Shown here: positions 33,001 to 46,590 of the stretch, one piece after another
Position numbering within the stretch: the first letter of the stretch is position 1
Layout: each line of letters begins with the position of its first letter
Assembly: GCA_964016885.1 (NCBI GenBank)
Contig: OZ024743.1
Coordinates: forward strand, 268,026,001-268,090,000
Direction: 5' to 3'
Length of the DNA: 64,000 bases
Source: Eledone cirrhosa
Taxonomy: Eukaryota
Program-made: the position numbers and the translations under genes
Notes under the pieces: generated by a model
Database searches by the model: none
What the model was told of the DNA's origin: nothing
Seen by the model: only the letters and a program-made list of their open reading frames with translations

Positions 33001-33290
33001 GTGTTCATAATTGTTGTGGGAGGGGCGGCGTTATTTATCTCAACATTCGAGCCGCTGTCATGTGAAAGCTTGGCTCAACGTTGTGGGCCATACTCCGTCC
33101 ATGGCTTTTTGAAGACAACATTTTTGTGAAACAAATTTCGAATATTTAGGTCCAAGTCCCAAATATTACTGGGTCGCCATAACAGTATCGCGCCTTATCA
33201 ACATTTATTGACAAAAAAATATAACAATAACTGCAATATAAACACTTAAAAATTAAACCTTACGGAGCGATATTCAGATATGACTTGACA
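30090..33290 (-). mobile_element. Tx1/L1-clade LINE, decayed with internal deletions
   Basis: ORF1-like N/T-rich ORF at 32454-33008. The 31430-31800 segment is homologous to 35745-36090 (EVCIVRANA..RN vs EGCIVRAKA..RN). KRKSPGLYG near 31270 resembles the KSPGxDG RT start. Both ends resemble those of the 35.5-39 kb element. Confidence 0.75.
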
Positions 33291-33327
33291 GACCAAATAA
33301 TAATAATAATAACAATAACAATAATAA

Positions 33328-33537
33328 TAATTGCTTCTACATTAGGCTCAAGGTCAGCAATTTTGAGGGAGGGGAAAGTCGATTAAATCGACCCCAGTGC
33401 TTTATTTTATCGACCCCGTAAGGATGAAAGGCAAAGTTAACCTCAGAAGAATTTGAACTCAGAATATAAAGGGCTGTGACTCTACACCACAAAGCATGTT
33501 GTCCAACGTTTTACCAGTACTGCCAATCCACCGCCCT
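33328..33537 (-). mobile_element. tRNA-derived SINE, near full length
   Basis: Minus strand: ggcggattggcagtactggtaaaacgttggac (A-box-like), then gagttcaaattc (B-box-like), then the shared core. Confidence 0.85.
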
Positions 33538-34099
33538 TACAATAATAATAGTAATAGCTACTCAGGGCTGATATTAAGTAAACATACAGACGGTGCTGGA
33601 CGATTTAGTGTGAAATGTTATATGTAAAAAATGTTATATAATTGACAGATCATCATAATTTGACAAAACATGAAAGAAGTGTTAACATAATGAGTTCATG
33701 TATTTGCCACAAGGACACCGGACAGAAGATATATTATAAGGAGAGTCTACATAGAATGTAGAGATTTAAATTAAAAGGGGGTGGCTGAAATAACAATAAA
33801 AATAACAATGTATTAATACACAAACATACAAACTCTACATATACGTTGTCTTCATCACTCACTTATTCATCTTTTGTCTCTGTGTCTTTAACGCACTCCC
33901 CCCTCTCTCTGTTACACACACACACACACTCTCTATCTATCTCTCCTTCTGTCTATTCATCTCTAATAAGATAACAAAATATACAGCCCGTCAAGTCAGA
34001 CAAATATAAACAATACCACTAAGGGGAGAGGAAGGTAACCTTAAATAAAATTACAGGCAAATTTGCATGTGCACGCGCACACAAACATACGCATGTACA

Positions 34100-34188
<89 letters not shown>

Positions 34189-35469
34189 TTGTGTATATTA
34201 TGCACACACGCACACACACTTATATGTATATACATACTTACAAACGTGTGCATTTATGTATATATGCTGTCATATGTACATACATGCATGCATATATGAT
34301 GTACGACTTTCTTGCTTAAATACATACTACATACAAGGCTTTCGACGGTGAATGAGATTCTTGACCCTAGTATACTGTCGTACATACGCTCATACACGCA
34401 TACACACATAGAGATATATACACCCACATATATATATACACACACACACATATATATATAATATATATATAATCCCAACATGTATTCATTTGTAACCTAA
34501 ACTTTCATAAATACTAAATCAAAACTATATATATATATATAACAACATAATGAATAGAACATAAATAAATAGAAACATGAAAGTTGACCATATATGGCAA
34601 AATGTGACATTTAAATTCTCAGGAAATCCTCACCGTGATAGCAAACAAATACACCGTGTTTCCATAATATTATTTTGTATAAATATTGAGTGTTTTGTGT
34701 GGTTTTGATTTGTTTTACGATTTGCTTCTATTTTTCCTGTTTCCCTTCAATTTGAAACCATTTGTTACTTAGAACATTTTTCGTTTTTTTTCTTTTTCAT
34801 TTTATGTTTGTTTCTCTCATTTCACCCAATGTTATTTTTTGTTTGTTTTATCTTTACTCGGTTTAGCTTGAAAGGTTTACCTTTACTCAGTGTGTCATAT
34901 ATTTTTAATTACCTTTTCACTGTTTGACTGTTTTATATTTAAGTAGTTGATCAATATTCACTGGAATAAAACAAGCAAGCCATGCCATCATGTTAAATGA
35001 CACTAAGAATACAACAGAGTCACCAAGAAACACACACATACATAGCCATAGCACACACGGAAATAAGCATACACATTTGTACATAAAATAATGCATAAAT
35101 TTACACATACATTTATTCTACAAAATCAACAAAATATCAGGGAGGAAAATAGTAAAAAAGAATCTGTACAAAAAAAAAAACACACTAACAAACGGCAATA
35201 TTTGATTTTGAAATATATATTAAGAAAAAAAAGAAAAAAAAAAAAACCCAGTAATACACGAAACTTACAACTTTTTCAGACTATGAACGGATGTATTCTA
35301 GTGGAACGGAAATTAGGCGATTCTGTAAAATCGGATCCGGAACAAAATTCTACGCCTAGAATATATTTTTAGATTAGATGTGAGTTTATTTACAAAACCA
35401 AATAAATAAAAGAAACAACATGATAATGATGATGCTGATATTAACAATAACAACAACAATAATAATAAT

Positions 35470-38400
35470 GATTTCATTTATTAGCCACAAGGGCCGACAT
35501 AGAGGGGACAATACAAAAGACTGGGACAGTGGGGTTTTACAGAAAAATCGAGTAAACAATATGAATAACATTAACAAAGTAACAATAAAAATAAATCAAG
35601 AAAAATTCCCCAATAGGGGAGATGACCACCCAGGGTTCGCTCAGTTACCCCACCAGTCCTGAACGACCCGACGCTTCGAGAGCGCCCTGGAAGTGCACCC
35701 CTCTCTTCCTCAAATTTACCCACCTACAGCCGCAGGACCAACCGAGCAAAATGTTGGCGAAAGGCCACACACATCCGTTGGAATCGCTCAGCTCGTGTCC
35801 GTCAAAGACCGAATCGTGGTTTTATTACCACGCTGCGCCTCTGCCACGCGGGCCCATCGAACAGCTTTGGTTCCCTCGTTTCTCAGATCACGCGCCTTAG
35901 CTCTGACAATGCAACCTTCGTGTTTCGCATTGAAGAAATGGTGTAATGCCATTCTCGCCGCGAGCACGTCAGTTGCAATGCCACTACCAATAGCCTCGTC
36001 TAACTTATCTACCCCCCCCCCCTCCTTTCTATTTTTCTCTAACGCTACTTCTTTGCTAAACTCTATCGACATTATTGTTGACGACTCCCCCTGTCAATTT
36101 TTTCTTAACTAAATTGTTGACCTGGTCCCTGTAAGCCTTATGTGCCGGAAATGACATGTTTATCTTCCAGTAACCCAGGCCTAACCTACGGGTCTTATCA
36201 AGTCGATCATACAGATCAAAAACTTGTGATCTGAATAGGCGACTGTTTCAAAACACTATTTATGTCTATTTTCCTAATGAATATCCTGTCTATATACGAT
36301 CTAGATGACCCTATGCGGTTAGTCCAGGTCCACACTGGCGCATTAGGGAAATCTAGTCGGTACCTGTCAGAGAGTTGGAACTGGCTGATCAGGTTCTTGA
36401 GGCTTTTGCACCCTCCCCTCCTATCGGATACTCCCACACAGTCCCAGCGTGCGGCTAACATAAACGTTCCAGTCCCCCGCTAACAGTAAAGGGCGAGACG
36501 TACCCAGAAAGGCTTCCAGGCGTCTAAAGAAGTCTGGCCGTCCTGCCCCAGTAGGGGCATAGACGGCCACTAGTCTAAAAGCACCACCTTCGTTATTGGT
36601 CACGTGCAGGACCACCAACTTCCCGTCCGGGTCCCGGAAGATCGACCTTACCTCGAGATCCAGGCCTTTCCTAAACAGCACTGCCACCCCGCCTCCCATT
36701 CGCGGCCGGCTAACAGATGCAAAGATCTGATAGTCGTCGAAAATGGGGGCTAGTGCGCGCGTGTCGGAAATCCTGGTCTCGCTGACAGCAATAACATCCA
36801 TTTATAGAGACCTGAGGTCGTTGAGCAGGTGACCCTGCTTCCAGGACGATCCCAGGCCTCGAACATTTAAACTTCCTACTCTTAATACGGCCATGTTGGC
36901 AGGTTAAAAAGAGAGAGAGGAAAGGTTTACTTACCTTCCGACCTCCACAGTTGTTGGGGTTTCTTTTGGGAACCCCTTTAAAAGACTTGAATGTGGGTTT
37001 TACGTTCGGAGTTCACACGTCCCGAGGAAAGCTGTCTCGTATTTCTTTGTATAAATCGAGCGACATTCGCACCAGAAACAAATCTTCCGGCACGCGAAAT
37101 GTGCTCGATTTAAACATTTCCCCCTCTTTTTGTATATTTTCACTTCATGCTACGAGGGCCATCAGTTCCTTGTTGGCCCTCCTGTCGAGCACGAAGTTTT
37201 GTATGTTTTGTTGGTGTGATTTTATTTTTTTGCGTGGCTGTGGTGGTGATGGTTTTGGTGGTGTTGTTTCGATTGTGTCTGTGTTTGTTGTGAGTGCGGT
37301 GTATGTAGTTTCAGATGTTTGTGTGTGTATATGTTCTTACGTCTGTTTAGTTTGTTTGCATTTGGGGGATTCTGGTGATGGTGGTGTTGATGTTGGTGTT
37401 ATTGGAGAGATGTTTGCGTGAGTGGTGTCTGCATTTTTTTCTTGTGGGTGTTTTTTTTTCTTTTTGTGTTTCCTTTTTTGTATTTTGGGGTATTTTGGTT
37501 TTCCCTCATCTTCATTACTGGTAGATGAGGGGACTGTATCTGTAAGTGTGTCTGTGTGTGTGTTTATTTTTTTATTGGTATTTATATTTGGGGGGGGGGG
37601 GATTTGAAACTTTCCTCGTTTCCCCCCTGGGTGGTCAATGTTGGTGGTGGTCTTTGTATTGGTGTTGTTGTTGGAGGTTTTGCCGGTGCTGGTTTTGATT
37701 GTTGTCCTCGCCCCGCGTCGGCAGCAGTGGAGCCTTTCGACCCATTGCATCTTTTAGCAGTTGAGGGCAGAAGGCTCGCAAATGGGTTTTTTCCCCACAA
37801 ACAAAACAATCGGCCTTTTCCCTCGGTCATAATATGATTCACCGTCCCATTCTGAAGGCGGATGTGGTCCGGGATTGTCTTCACATTCTCGGGCCTGATC
37901 TGGAGAAGGATCTCCAGGTCAACCCCGGACCAGTCCTCTCTGGCCGTTCTGGTCACTTCTATCGTGACGGTATCCGTCCCCTCCAGAATCACACATCCCA
38001 GAAGCTACCACATATCAAGTCCTGGTGGAATTCTGTGAATTCGGAGACGGGCCATTCTTTTTCCCATGTGGGAGGGGTACATTATCACCTTGCTGCTTTT
38101 GCAAGGAGTTATAGCGTGTTTCATAGCGAGGGCTTCTGACTTGAACAGCACCGAAATGGTGCCATACTGTCTGCCCCTCTCTATGTATTCTGATGCACCT
38201 CAGCGCGACTACGACATCTGCTTGTGGGATTAAAGCTGCCCTTTTGGTTTGTGCTGAGATAATCTATAATGCACCATTCTGCGCTCCACTGCCTCAATAG
38301 CTTCTACCGGGACAGTTAAGTTGGCCCAGGTTTGCTCTTGCTTGATGAGCTTCCATGCCTGGGCCAACTTTTCATCTTTGTTTGAGAGGTTCATTTTGAA

Positions 38401-39051
38401 GCATGGCCTCTTTTTTGCTGCTGCCGCAGCGAAAGTGTTCTACTTGTTGTCGTTGGAGGTGTTGTTGTCGTTGTCGTTGTTCTTTACATGTTGTTGTTAT
38501 CACTGTCGTTGTTATCATTGTGTCTTTGGTGCCACCGTTGTTCTCGGTGCAGTTGGTATTGTTGCTGTTGGTGTTGTCGCTATTTATTTTCATGTTAGTG
38601 GTGTTGATATTGTTGTTGCATTTGTATTTTTCTTTTGTTATCTGTATTTTCGTTGTCGCAGTTACTGTCATTTTTTTCAAAATTAGAGTTCACATTGGTA
38701 TCATTGGTGTCTTTGTTTACATTGTTTGTGGTGGTGTTTGTGTTAACAATTTGTGTTAATTTCCCCGTAGCGCTCCTCTCAACTTCTACGTCGTTGTCGC
38801 ACGACAGCAGATATATCGCTGGGGGGCGTGGCTCAGCCATGTTTTTTAGTTTTTGTTTTGTTTTTCTCGATAATTTTTTAAAATGTAAAAAAGTTCAAAT
38901 ATTTGGGCCAAAAGGCCCAAATATTATTCTTTCCCCTTCACAGAGCAAAGTCCAAGGGCCTGTATGCCTTAGACAACAACAAAAAATATATCAGTTTTAA
39001 TAGGTAAATAAGTGAACTTACGGGCGCGAGCAAAAGACGTCCGTTCAGAAT
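35470..39051 (-). mobile_element. Tx1/L1-clade LINE with both ends, ORF1 and APE endonuclease relics; RT domain deleted
   Basis: ORF1 fragments start at ATG 38840. ORF2 starts at ATG 36894 and joins directly to the 3' UTR near 35700. An aataaa lies near the 3' end. Flanking direct repeat caacaataataataat at 35454-35469 and 39052-39067. Confidence 0.88.
35745..36894 (-). pseudogene. LINE ORF2 N-terminal APE-type endonuclease pseudogene
   Basis: MAVLRVGSLNVRGLG..*MDVIAVSETR..GGVAVL..LVAVYAP..LLAGDWN..WTW..SYIDRIF..SDH: conserved L1/Tx1 APE motifs, with an in-frame stop and frameshifts. Confidence 0.9.
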
Positions 39052-39263
39052 CAACAATAATAATAATAATAACTTATATATATATTATTATTATTTATTT
39101 TTTTACTTTAATTACACGAAAATATTAAGTAAAAATCGTTGTTATTATTGTTACTTTGCTACCCATATATATATTATTGTTGTATTTGTATTTATTTAGT
39201 TAGTCTATACATTATATTGACTATTAATAATAAAAATAATAATAATACTTATTATTATTATTA

Positions 39264-39309
<46 letters not shown>

Positions 39310-39313
<4 letters not shown>

Positions 39314-39585
39314 AAAAGAGCTCAGCCGTCGGGGTCCTGACTCTTTTCCAATTACCCGCTCTACCATCCTAAGTATTGAGTATTCTCGTGCGTTATGGTC
39401 CACCTAGTATCTTACCACACCAGCCCGCCCGTCCACTCAATCTATCTTATTTCTTATTCTTTCTTCTGATGGAGGAGTAGAGTCCGAAACGTCAACACTC
39501 TCTTCCTGCTGTATCAAGCGTTAACCTAATATATCCCTTCCATATACTGTACCGATTGTGTTGTTATTTCTGTTTACCTATTACA
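39310..39585 (+). mobile_element. PLE-like non-coding repeat with a degenerate hammerhead (39463-39496); inverted partner at 39692-39820
   Basis: cttCTGATGGaggagtagagtccGAAACGTCaac followed by ctcttcctgctgtatcaagcg, homologous to 46591-46690 and 63355-63450. Confidence 0.65.
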
Positions 39586-39634
39586 TACACACTCTCACAC
39601 ACACACACACACACACACTTACACACACAGACAG

Positions 39635-39693
<59 letters not shown>

Positions 39694-40044
39694 ACGAAGG
39701 AAATGTGGTAAGGAACCAGGTGGACCATAACGCACCAAAGTACTCAATACTTGAGGTAGTAGAGTGGGTAATAGGAACCAGTAAGACCCCGACAGCTGAG
39801 CTCAAGCCGTTTAAACGACACTCCACTCTACTTAAAATTACTTACGTTTTGTTTAAATGGGAAAACATTATTAATTGGGGATGTTATATAAAGAGAACTA
39901 CTGCTACTGCAGTTCCTTATATAGGTTTCATTTTCTTTGTCGTTATTTATATGCTAATGTAGTTGTTGACTTCTTAAGTCAAGCCTTAAAACACAGTGCT
40001 GTAATTTGAAGCATATCCAGTCGCAACCATTAACACTATTTTTA

Positions 40045-40205
40045 CGTGAATTGGCAGTATCGGTAGAGGGTCGGACGCCATGCTTTCCTGCATGGTCTGA
40101 GTTCAAATCCGTCGTGGTTAACTTTGCCTTTCATCCTTACGGGGTCGATAAAATAAAGTACTGGGTATTTGCTGGCCTTGTGCCAGAAGTAGAAACAACT
40201 ATTTT
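40045..40205 (+). mobile_element. tRNA-derived SINE copy
   Basis: tggcagtatcggtagagggtcggacg head, gagttcaaatcc B-box and the shared core. Confidence 0.85.
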
Positions 40206-40717
40206 CATATATATCAAAGGGTTTCGAATCACCCCCCCCCCCTCTTCAGTCCCTCCCCTGTCTTCTGCGCCACCAAAGCTCTTTTTTCTTTTTTTTTCTC
40301 TCTTTTTTTTTCTATATTATCCCTATTCTTTCTTTCCTTTTGTTTCCCTTTTTTTTTCTTTTTATTTTCTTAATAAATTTCATTTTAAGAATGTATCTTT
40401 CAATTTATTTTTAAAGTGGGTAAACAGGAATTTGCGGTAGATATGACTGCTGATTCCACAGGTCAAGTGGCCCTGCTGAGATTCACAACTAGTTTCTGTG
40501 ATTTCTGGGTTGTGTCCATATGTGGTATGTGTTTGTGTGAATGCGTGTGAGCATTAATTTTCGATGAATCAATCATGTTTAATGAGGTAACAACAGGGTG
40601 GATGTTATTAAGTGACATGCTTTTGTCTCGTTTGATACTAATACAGTAAATATTGTTGTTTGGTGTTTGAGGCAGGATGTTGTTTTATCAGAAAGGATAA
40701 ACATTGGTGACTTTCGA

Positions 40718-42035
40718 TAATAATGATGACGACGACGACAATGATGATGATAATGATGACGAAGACGACAATGATGATGATAATGATGACGACGACGACA
40801 ATGATGATGATAATGATGACGACGACGACAATGATGATAAGAATGATGACGAAGACGACAATGATGATGATAATGATGACGAAGACGACAATGATGGTGG
40901 TGGTGGTGGTGGTGGTGATGGTGGTGGTGGTGGTGGTGGTGGTGGTGCTGCTGGTGCTGGTGGTGGTGATGGTGGTGATGGTGCTGGTGGTGGTGGTGGT
41001 GGTGGTGGTGGTGGTGGTGGTGATGGTGGTGGTGGTGATTGTTGTTGTGGTGGTGGTGGTGGTGGTGGTGGTGGTGATGGTGGTGATGGTGGTGGTGGTG
41101 GTGGTGATAGTGGTGGTGGTGGTGGTGGTGGTGGTGGTAGTGCTGGTGGTAGTGGTGGTGGTGATGGTGGTGGTGGTGGTGGTGGTGGTGGTGATGGTGG
41201 TGGTGGTGGTGGTTGTGGTGATAGTGGTGGTGGTGGTGGTGGTAATAGTGGTGGTGGTGGTGGTGGTGGTGGTGGTGGTAGTGCTGGTGGTGGTGGTGGT
41301 GGTGATGGTGGTGGTGGTGGTGGTGGTGATAGTGGTGGTGGTGGTGCTGGTGTTGGTGGTGGTGGTGCTGTTGGTGGTGGCGGTGGTGGTAGTGATGGTG
41401 GTGATGCTGATAGTGGTGATGGTGGTGGTGGTGATAGTGGTGATGGTGGTGGTGGTGGTGGTGGTGGTGGTGGTGATGGTGGTGGTGGTGGTGGTGATGG
41501 TGGTGGTGGTTGTTGTTGTTGTGGTGGTGGTGGTGGTGGTAGTGATGGTGGTGGCGGTGGTGGTGATGATGGTGGTGGTGGTGGTGATGGTGGTGATGGT
41601 GGTGATGGTGGTGGTGGTGATGGTGGTGGTGGTGGTGGTGGTGGTGGTGGTGGTGGTGGTGGTGGTTGTGGTGGTGATTATGGTGGTGGTGGTGGTGGTG
41701 GTGGTGGTGCTGATAGTGGTGGTGGTGGTGATGGTGGTGGTGGTGATGGTGGTGGTGGTGGTGGTGATGGTGGTGGTGGTGGTGTTGATGGTGGTGATGG
41801 TGGTGGTGGTGGTTGTGGTGGTGGTGGTGGTGGTGGTGGTGGTGATGGTGGTGGTGGTGGTGGTGGTGATGATGGTGGTGGTGGTGGTGATGGTGGTGAT
41901 GGTGGTGGTGGTGGTTGTGGTGGTGGTGGTGATGGTGGTGGTGGTGATGGTGGTGGTGGTGGTGGTGTTGGTGGTGGCGGTGGTGGTAGTGGTGGTGGTG
42001 GTGCTGATAGTGGTGATAGTGATGACGGTGATGGA
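40718..42035. repeat. 30-bp (GAT/GAC) minisatellite followed by a ~1.1-kb degenerate (GGT)n array
   Basis: Directly visible; open in several frames and on both strands (poly-G/V/T/P). Confidence 0.95.
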
Positions 42036-42043
42036 GGACACAA

Positions 42044-42197
42044 TAATTGTTTCTACTTTTGGCACAAGGCCAGCAATTACCCAGTGCATTACTGGTACTT
42101 TATTTTATCGACCCCGTAAGGATGAAAGGCAAAGTTAACATCGGCGGGATTTGAACTCAGACCATAAAGGGGCGTAACTCTATGCCTTCAAAGCATG
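42044..42197 (-). mobile_element. tRNA-derived SINE copy
   Basis: Reverse complement of the shared core (tttatcgaccccgtaaggatgaaaggcaaagttaac..atttgaactc). Confidence 0.85.
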
Positions 42198-42259
42198 GTG
42201 ATGATGGTAGCGATGACAACGATGTTAATGTGTATAATGATGTTAAGGATAACAGGCGG

Positions 42260-42277
42260 GATGATGATTGTGACAAC

Positions 42278-42314
<37 letters not shown>

Positions 42315-42850
42315 GTGACAACGATGATGATGATGATGATGATGATTGTGACAACGTTGATGATGATGATGATGATGATTGTGACAACGATGATGATGAT
42401 GATGGTGATAATTGTGACAACGATGATGATGATGGTGGTGATGATTGTGACAACGTTGATGATGATGATGGTGATGATTGTGACACCGATGATGATGATG
42501 GTGGTGATGATTGTGACAACGATGATGATGATGATGATGATTGTGACAACGTTGATGATGATGATGATGATGATTGTGACAACGATGATGATGATGATGA
42601 TGATTGTGACAACGTTGATGATGATGATGATGATGATTGTGACACCGATGATGATGATGATGGTGATGATTGTGACAACGATGATGATGATGATGATGAT
42701 TGTGACAACGATGATGATGATGATGGTGATAATTGTGACAACGATGATGATGATGATGATGATTGTGACAACGATGATGATGATGATGGTGATGATTGTG
42801 ACAACGATGATGATGATGATGATGATGATTGTGACAACGATGATGATGGC
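42260..42850. repeat. Minisatellite GATTGTGACAAC(GAT)n, about 20 units of variable length
   Basis: Recurrent ttgtgacaac anchor separated by (GAT)n tracts. Confidence 0.92.
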
Positions 42851-42947
42851 TTTGACGAAGTGGTTGTGGTTGAAGGGGCAGAGGATTAGAAAGATGACAA
42901 TAGAGATATCAATGATGAGTGTGATGGCAATAATGATTGCGAAGAAG

Positions 42948-43177
42948 ATGGTGGTGGTGGTGGTGGTGGTGGTGGTGGTAGTGCTGGTGGTGGTGGCGGT
43001 GGTGGTGGTGGTGGCGGTGGTGGTGGTGGTGGTGTGGATGGTGGCAGTAGTAGTAGTAGTAGTAATAGTGGTGGTGGTGGTGGTGGGGTTAGTGCTGGTG
43101 GTGGTGGCGGTGGTGGTGGTGGTGGTGGTGGCGGTGGCGGTGGTGGTGGTGGTGGTGGTGGTGGTGTGGATGGTGGC

Positions 43178-43244
<67 letters not shown>

Positions 43245-43331
43245 ATAGTAGTAGTAGTAGTAGTAATAGTGGTGGTGGTGGTGGGGGGGTAGTGCTGGTG
43301 GTGGTGGTGGTGGTGGTGTGGATGTGGTGGC

Positions 43332-43362
<31 letters not shown>

Positions 43363-43631
43363 ATAGGGGTGGTGGAGGAGGGGTAGTGCTGGTGGGGGGG
43401 TATTGGTGTGGATGGTGGTGGCAGTAGTAGTAGTAGTAGTAGTAATAGTGGTGGTGGTTGTGGTGGTGGTGGGGGTGGAGGTGGGGGGTAGTAGTAGTAG
43501 TGGTGGTGGTGGTGGTGGTGGTAGTATTAGTAGTGGTGGTGGTTGTGGTGGTGGTGGTGGTGTTAGTAGTAGTAGTAGTAGTCATTGTAGTAGTAGTGGT
43601 GGTGGTGGTGGTAGTAGTAGTAGTAGCAATA

Positions 43632-43693
<62 letters not shown>

Positions 43694-43707
43694 TGTGGTG
43701 GTAGAAA

Positions 43708-43738
<31 letters not shown>

Positions 43739-43934
43739 TGTGGTGTTGGTGGCGGTGGCGGTGGTGGTACTGGTGGTGGTAGCAGTTATAGTAGTAGTAG
43801 TAATAGTATTAGTAGTAGTAGTAGTAAAGTAGTAGTGGTGGTGGTGGTGGTGGTGGTGGTGGTGGTAGTAGTAGTAGTAGTGGTTGTGGTATAAGAAGTA
43901 GTAGTAGTAAGTCGTAATAGTAGTAGTAGTAGGT

Positions 43935-43975
<41 letters not shown>

Positions 43976-44022
43976 GGTGGTGGTGGTGGTGGTGGTGGTG
44001 GATATAGTAGTATTAGTGGTGA

Positions 44023-44079
<57 letters not shown>

Positions 44080-44395
44080 GGTGGTGGTGGTGGTGGTGGT
44101 AGTAGTAGGGTGGTGGTGGTAGTGGTACTGGTGGTGGTATCAGTTATAGTAGTAGTATTAGTAGTAGTAGTAGTAAAGTAGTAGTGGTGGTGGTTAGCGT
44201 TAGCACTGGCAGTGGCGTCGGTTGCAATGGTGATTTTGCTGGTGGTGGTGGTAGTGATGATTTGGTGTAGGTAGCGATGCTGGTGGTGCCATAGTTAGAA
44301 GAAGAAGAAGAAGAAGAAGAAGAAGAAGAAGAAGAAGAAGAAGAAGAAGAAGAAGAAGAAGAAGAAGAAGAAGAAGAAGAAGAAGAAGAAGAAGA
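42948..44395. repeat. Mixed (GGT)n/(AGT)n array and a terminal (AAG)n microsatellite
   Basis: Directly visible. Confidence 0.95.
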
Positions 44396-44473
44396 TTCTG
44401 TTTTCCCCTTGTCTTTACTTCATGTCCTGCGCCCTTACGATCATTAAAACAAAATATTATTGCTATTATTATG

Positions 44474-44865
44474 GAGGGCAGTTGATTGGCTGTAACGGTA
44501 GAGGGTCGGACGCCATGCATTGCAGCATCGAGTTACGGCACTTTATTATCTGAGGTAAAATCCCGCCGAACTTAACTTTGCCTTTGCTTCTTACGAGGTC
44601 GATAAATTAAAGCACCTGTAACGTAGTGGGGTCGATTTATTCGACTTTCCCCTCCCCCAAAATTGCTGGCCTTATGCCTATATAAGAAACCATTATTATT
44701 GTGGGTTGGCAGTATCGGTAGAGCGTCGGACACTATGCTTCGTAGCATAGAGTTACGGCCCCTTGCGTTCTGATTTCACCTGGTTAGCTTTGTCTTTCAT
44801 CCTTACGCGGTAGATAATATAAAGCCACGCACTGGCGTCGATTTAATCGACTTTCCTTCCCCCAA
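44474..44865 (+). mobile_element. Two head-to-tail tRNA-derived SINE copies
   Basis: Heads near 44480 and 44703 (ttggcagtatcggtagagcgtcggac), each followed by the shared core. Confidence 0.8.
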
Positions 44866-45962
44866 GAGAATGACAATTGTTTCATAATTATTAGTACAGC
44901 TCTGCCAAATGGGGAAGGTATGTGGTTAAGTCGCAAGTTTACTTGACTCTTGATCGTAAGAACATGAGATTTATTCCTGGAGAAGCGTTGTCTCTATGAT
45001 AAAGTCACCTTATTTCACCTTTCACTAGTGCACTCAGTTGACGAAAAGGAAATGTACCTATTATTCATGCGACAGCCTTCTCACACATTCTATAAAACAG
45101 AATCGCTCTGAGAATTACTTAGAGAGGGCACGTGTTTACGAAATGCTCAGCTAGTTGCTCGTTAATTTCTCGAGCAGACAGTTCCGTTGGTCGAATAATT
45201 GGAACACAATAGGAACAATTAATTATAATGGTGTGTCAAAGTATATTCCGCAAAAAGGAAGAAATCACACCAACATAACTGTTTTATGAAAAACCTTATG
45301 ACAGCTAAGGAATGTGTCTATAACATGCTTTCAAATAGCACAAATCAAATAATACACAAAGAATCTTGTAAATACATTGTCATGGTTAAACATAAGATTT
45401 CACCTGAATGTATAGATAACTTGCAGCTGGTTAACATAATAACTATTTGCTGTGTCTTAATTGTTATTTCAATCTGATTACACACGTTCATGGAAAACAC
45501 ATTTGTTAAAAGCACATTCACTGTCAACACATTAAGTGAATGCAAAATAGTCCGGAAAATAAATTGGTTGAAGGTATTTGTAGAATGTAATATTCTAGTA
45601 AACCACAGAAGTGCATCAAACATTCATGCACACAATAAAAAAAAAAACTTGTTAATTAATTATGAGTTTAAAATAATAACATCAAATTTCTTTTTTAATC
45701 CCATGAACCTTTATTTATTTTCGGCTCTCCGTCTTCATTTTTCTCCTTCCGTGTCTTAAAAAAGTCTTCTCGTTCTACTTCCCAATGAAGCCTTTTCCCC
45801 GAAAGGTTTCAAACGGTAAACTTGTGTAAATCAAGTGCATTGTATAATTGTATATTACCCCTAGGTTGTTTTACTTATGTGGTTTCTTATGTGTGTATAC
45901 ATGTCTACAGCTCGGTTAGCTGATGACCCGTTTGAGGTGAAAACAAATTGTTCTCGGAAAGG

Positions 45963-46076
<114 letters not shown>

Positions 46077-46590
46077 CCCATTCCGTTATCACACACGTGC
46101 TTGTACATTCACCCCTAGATTCCTACGACTCTCTTATGGTCAGAAACATATACACTTACAGCTGATACAGACCAATTAAATACGTACACACACCTCTACG
46201 TTTCCCTTCAAAGCTCTGAACACACAAACACACTCTCTTTTATTAACATACCTTTGCTCACAGCTTCGTACTTACAAGGGCACACACACTTTATTACTTG
46301 CATATACACACCAACATCCGCTTAGCTTCGAACGGACGTATAACAACACACGCGCTCGCAATCATACGCACGCACATACGTATAGCTCTATATTCAAAAT
46401 GTTTCTTTTTTTTTTCATTTCAGGTAGACGTGCTCCACTTTTCTAAAAAAAATATATCATTCAGAAAGCGCCAGCATCAACAGTTTTCCAAGATATGGCA
46501 ACAGGAATGGACCTGTTATGTTTCTCTAAAAACATTTTTTCGCTATTCCGCCCTGCCCGCCCCTTCAATCTTTCTAATTTATCATTCTCC

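Noticed and set aside
42260-42850. Regularly spaced TGTGACAAC motif resembling a CRISPR-like array
   Set aside because: The spacers are (GAT)n rather than unique sequence, no cas genes are present, and the context is eukaryotic; it is a minisatellite.
40638-43894. Long ORFs (up to 483 aa) encoding poly-T, poly-G, poly-V or DDDCDN repeats, suggestive of mucin, glycine-rich or acidic biomineral proteins
   Set aside because: They are open in several frames and on both strands because the trinucleotide repeats lack stops; several start or end inside a SINE; no signal peptide or splice context was seen.
45915-45960. CTGATGA...GAAA spacing resembling a hammerhead
   Set aside because: Stem II does not close next to the core and stem I pairing is absent.
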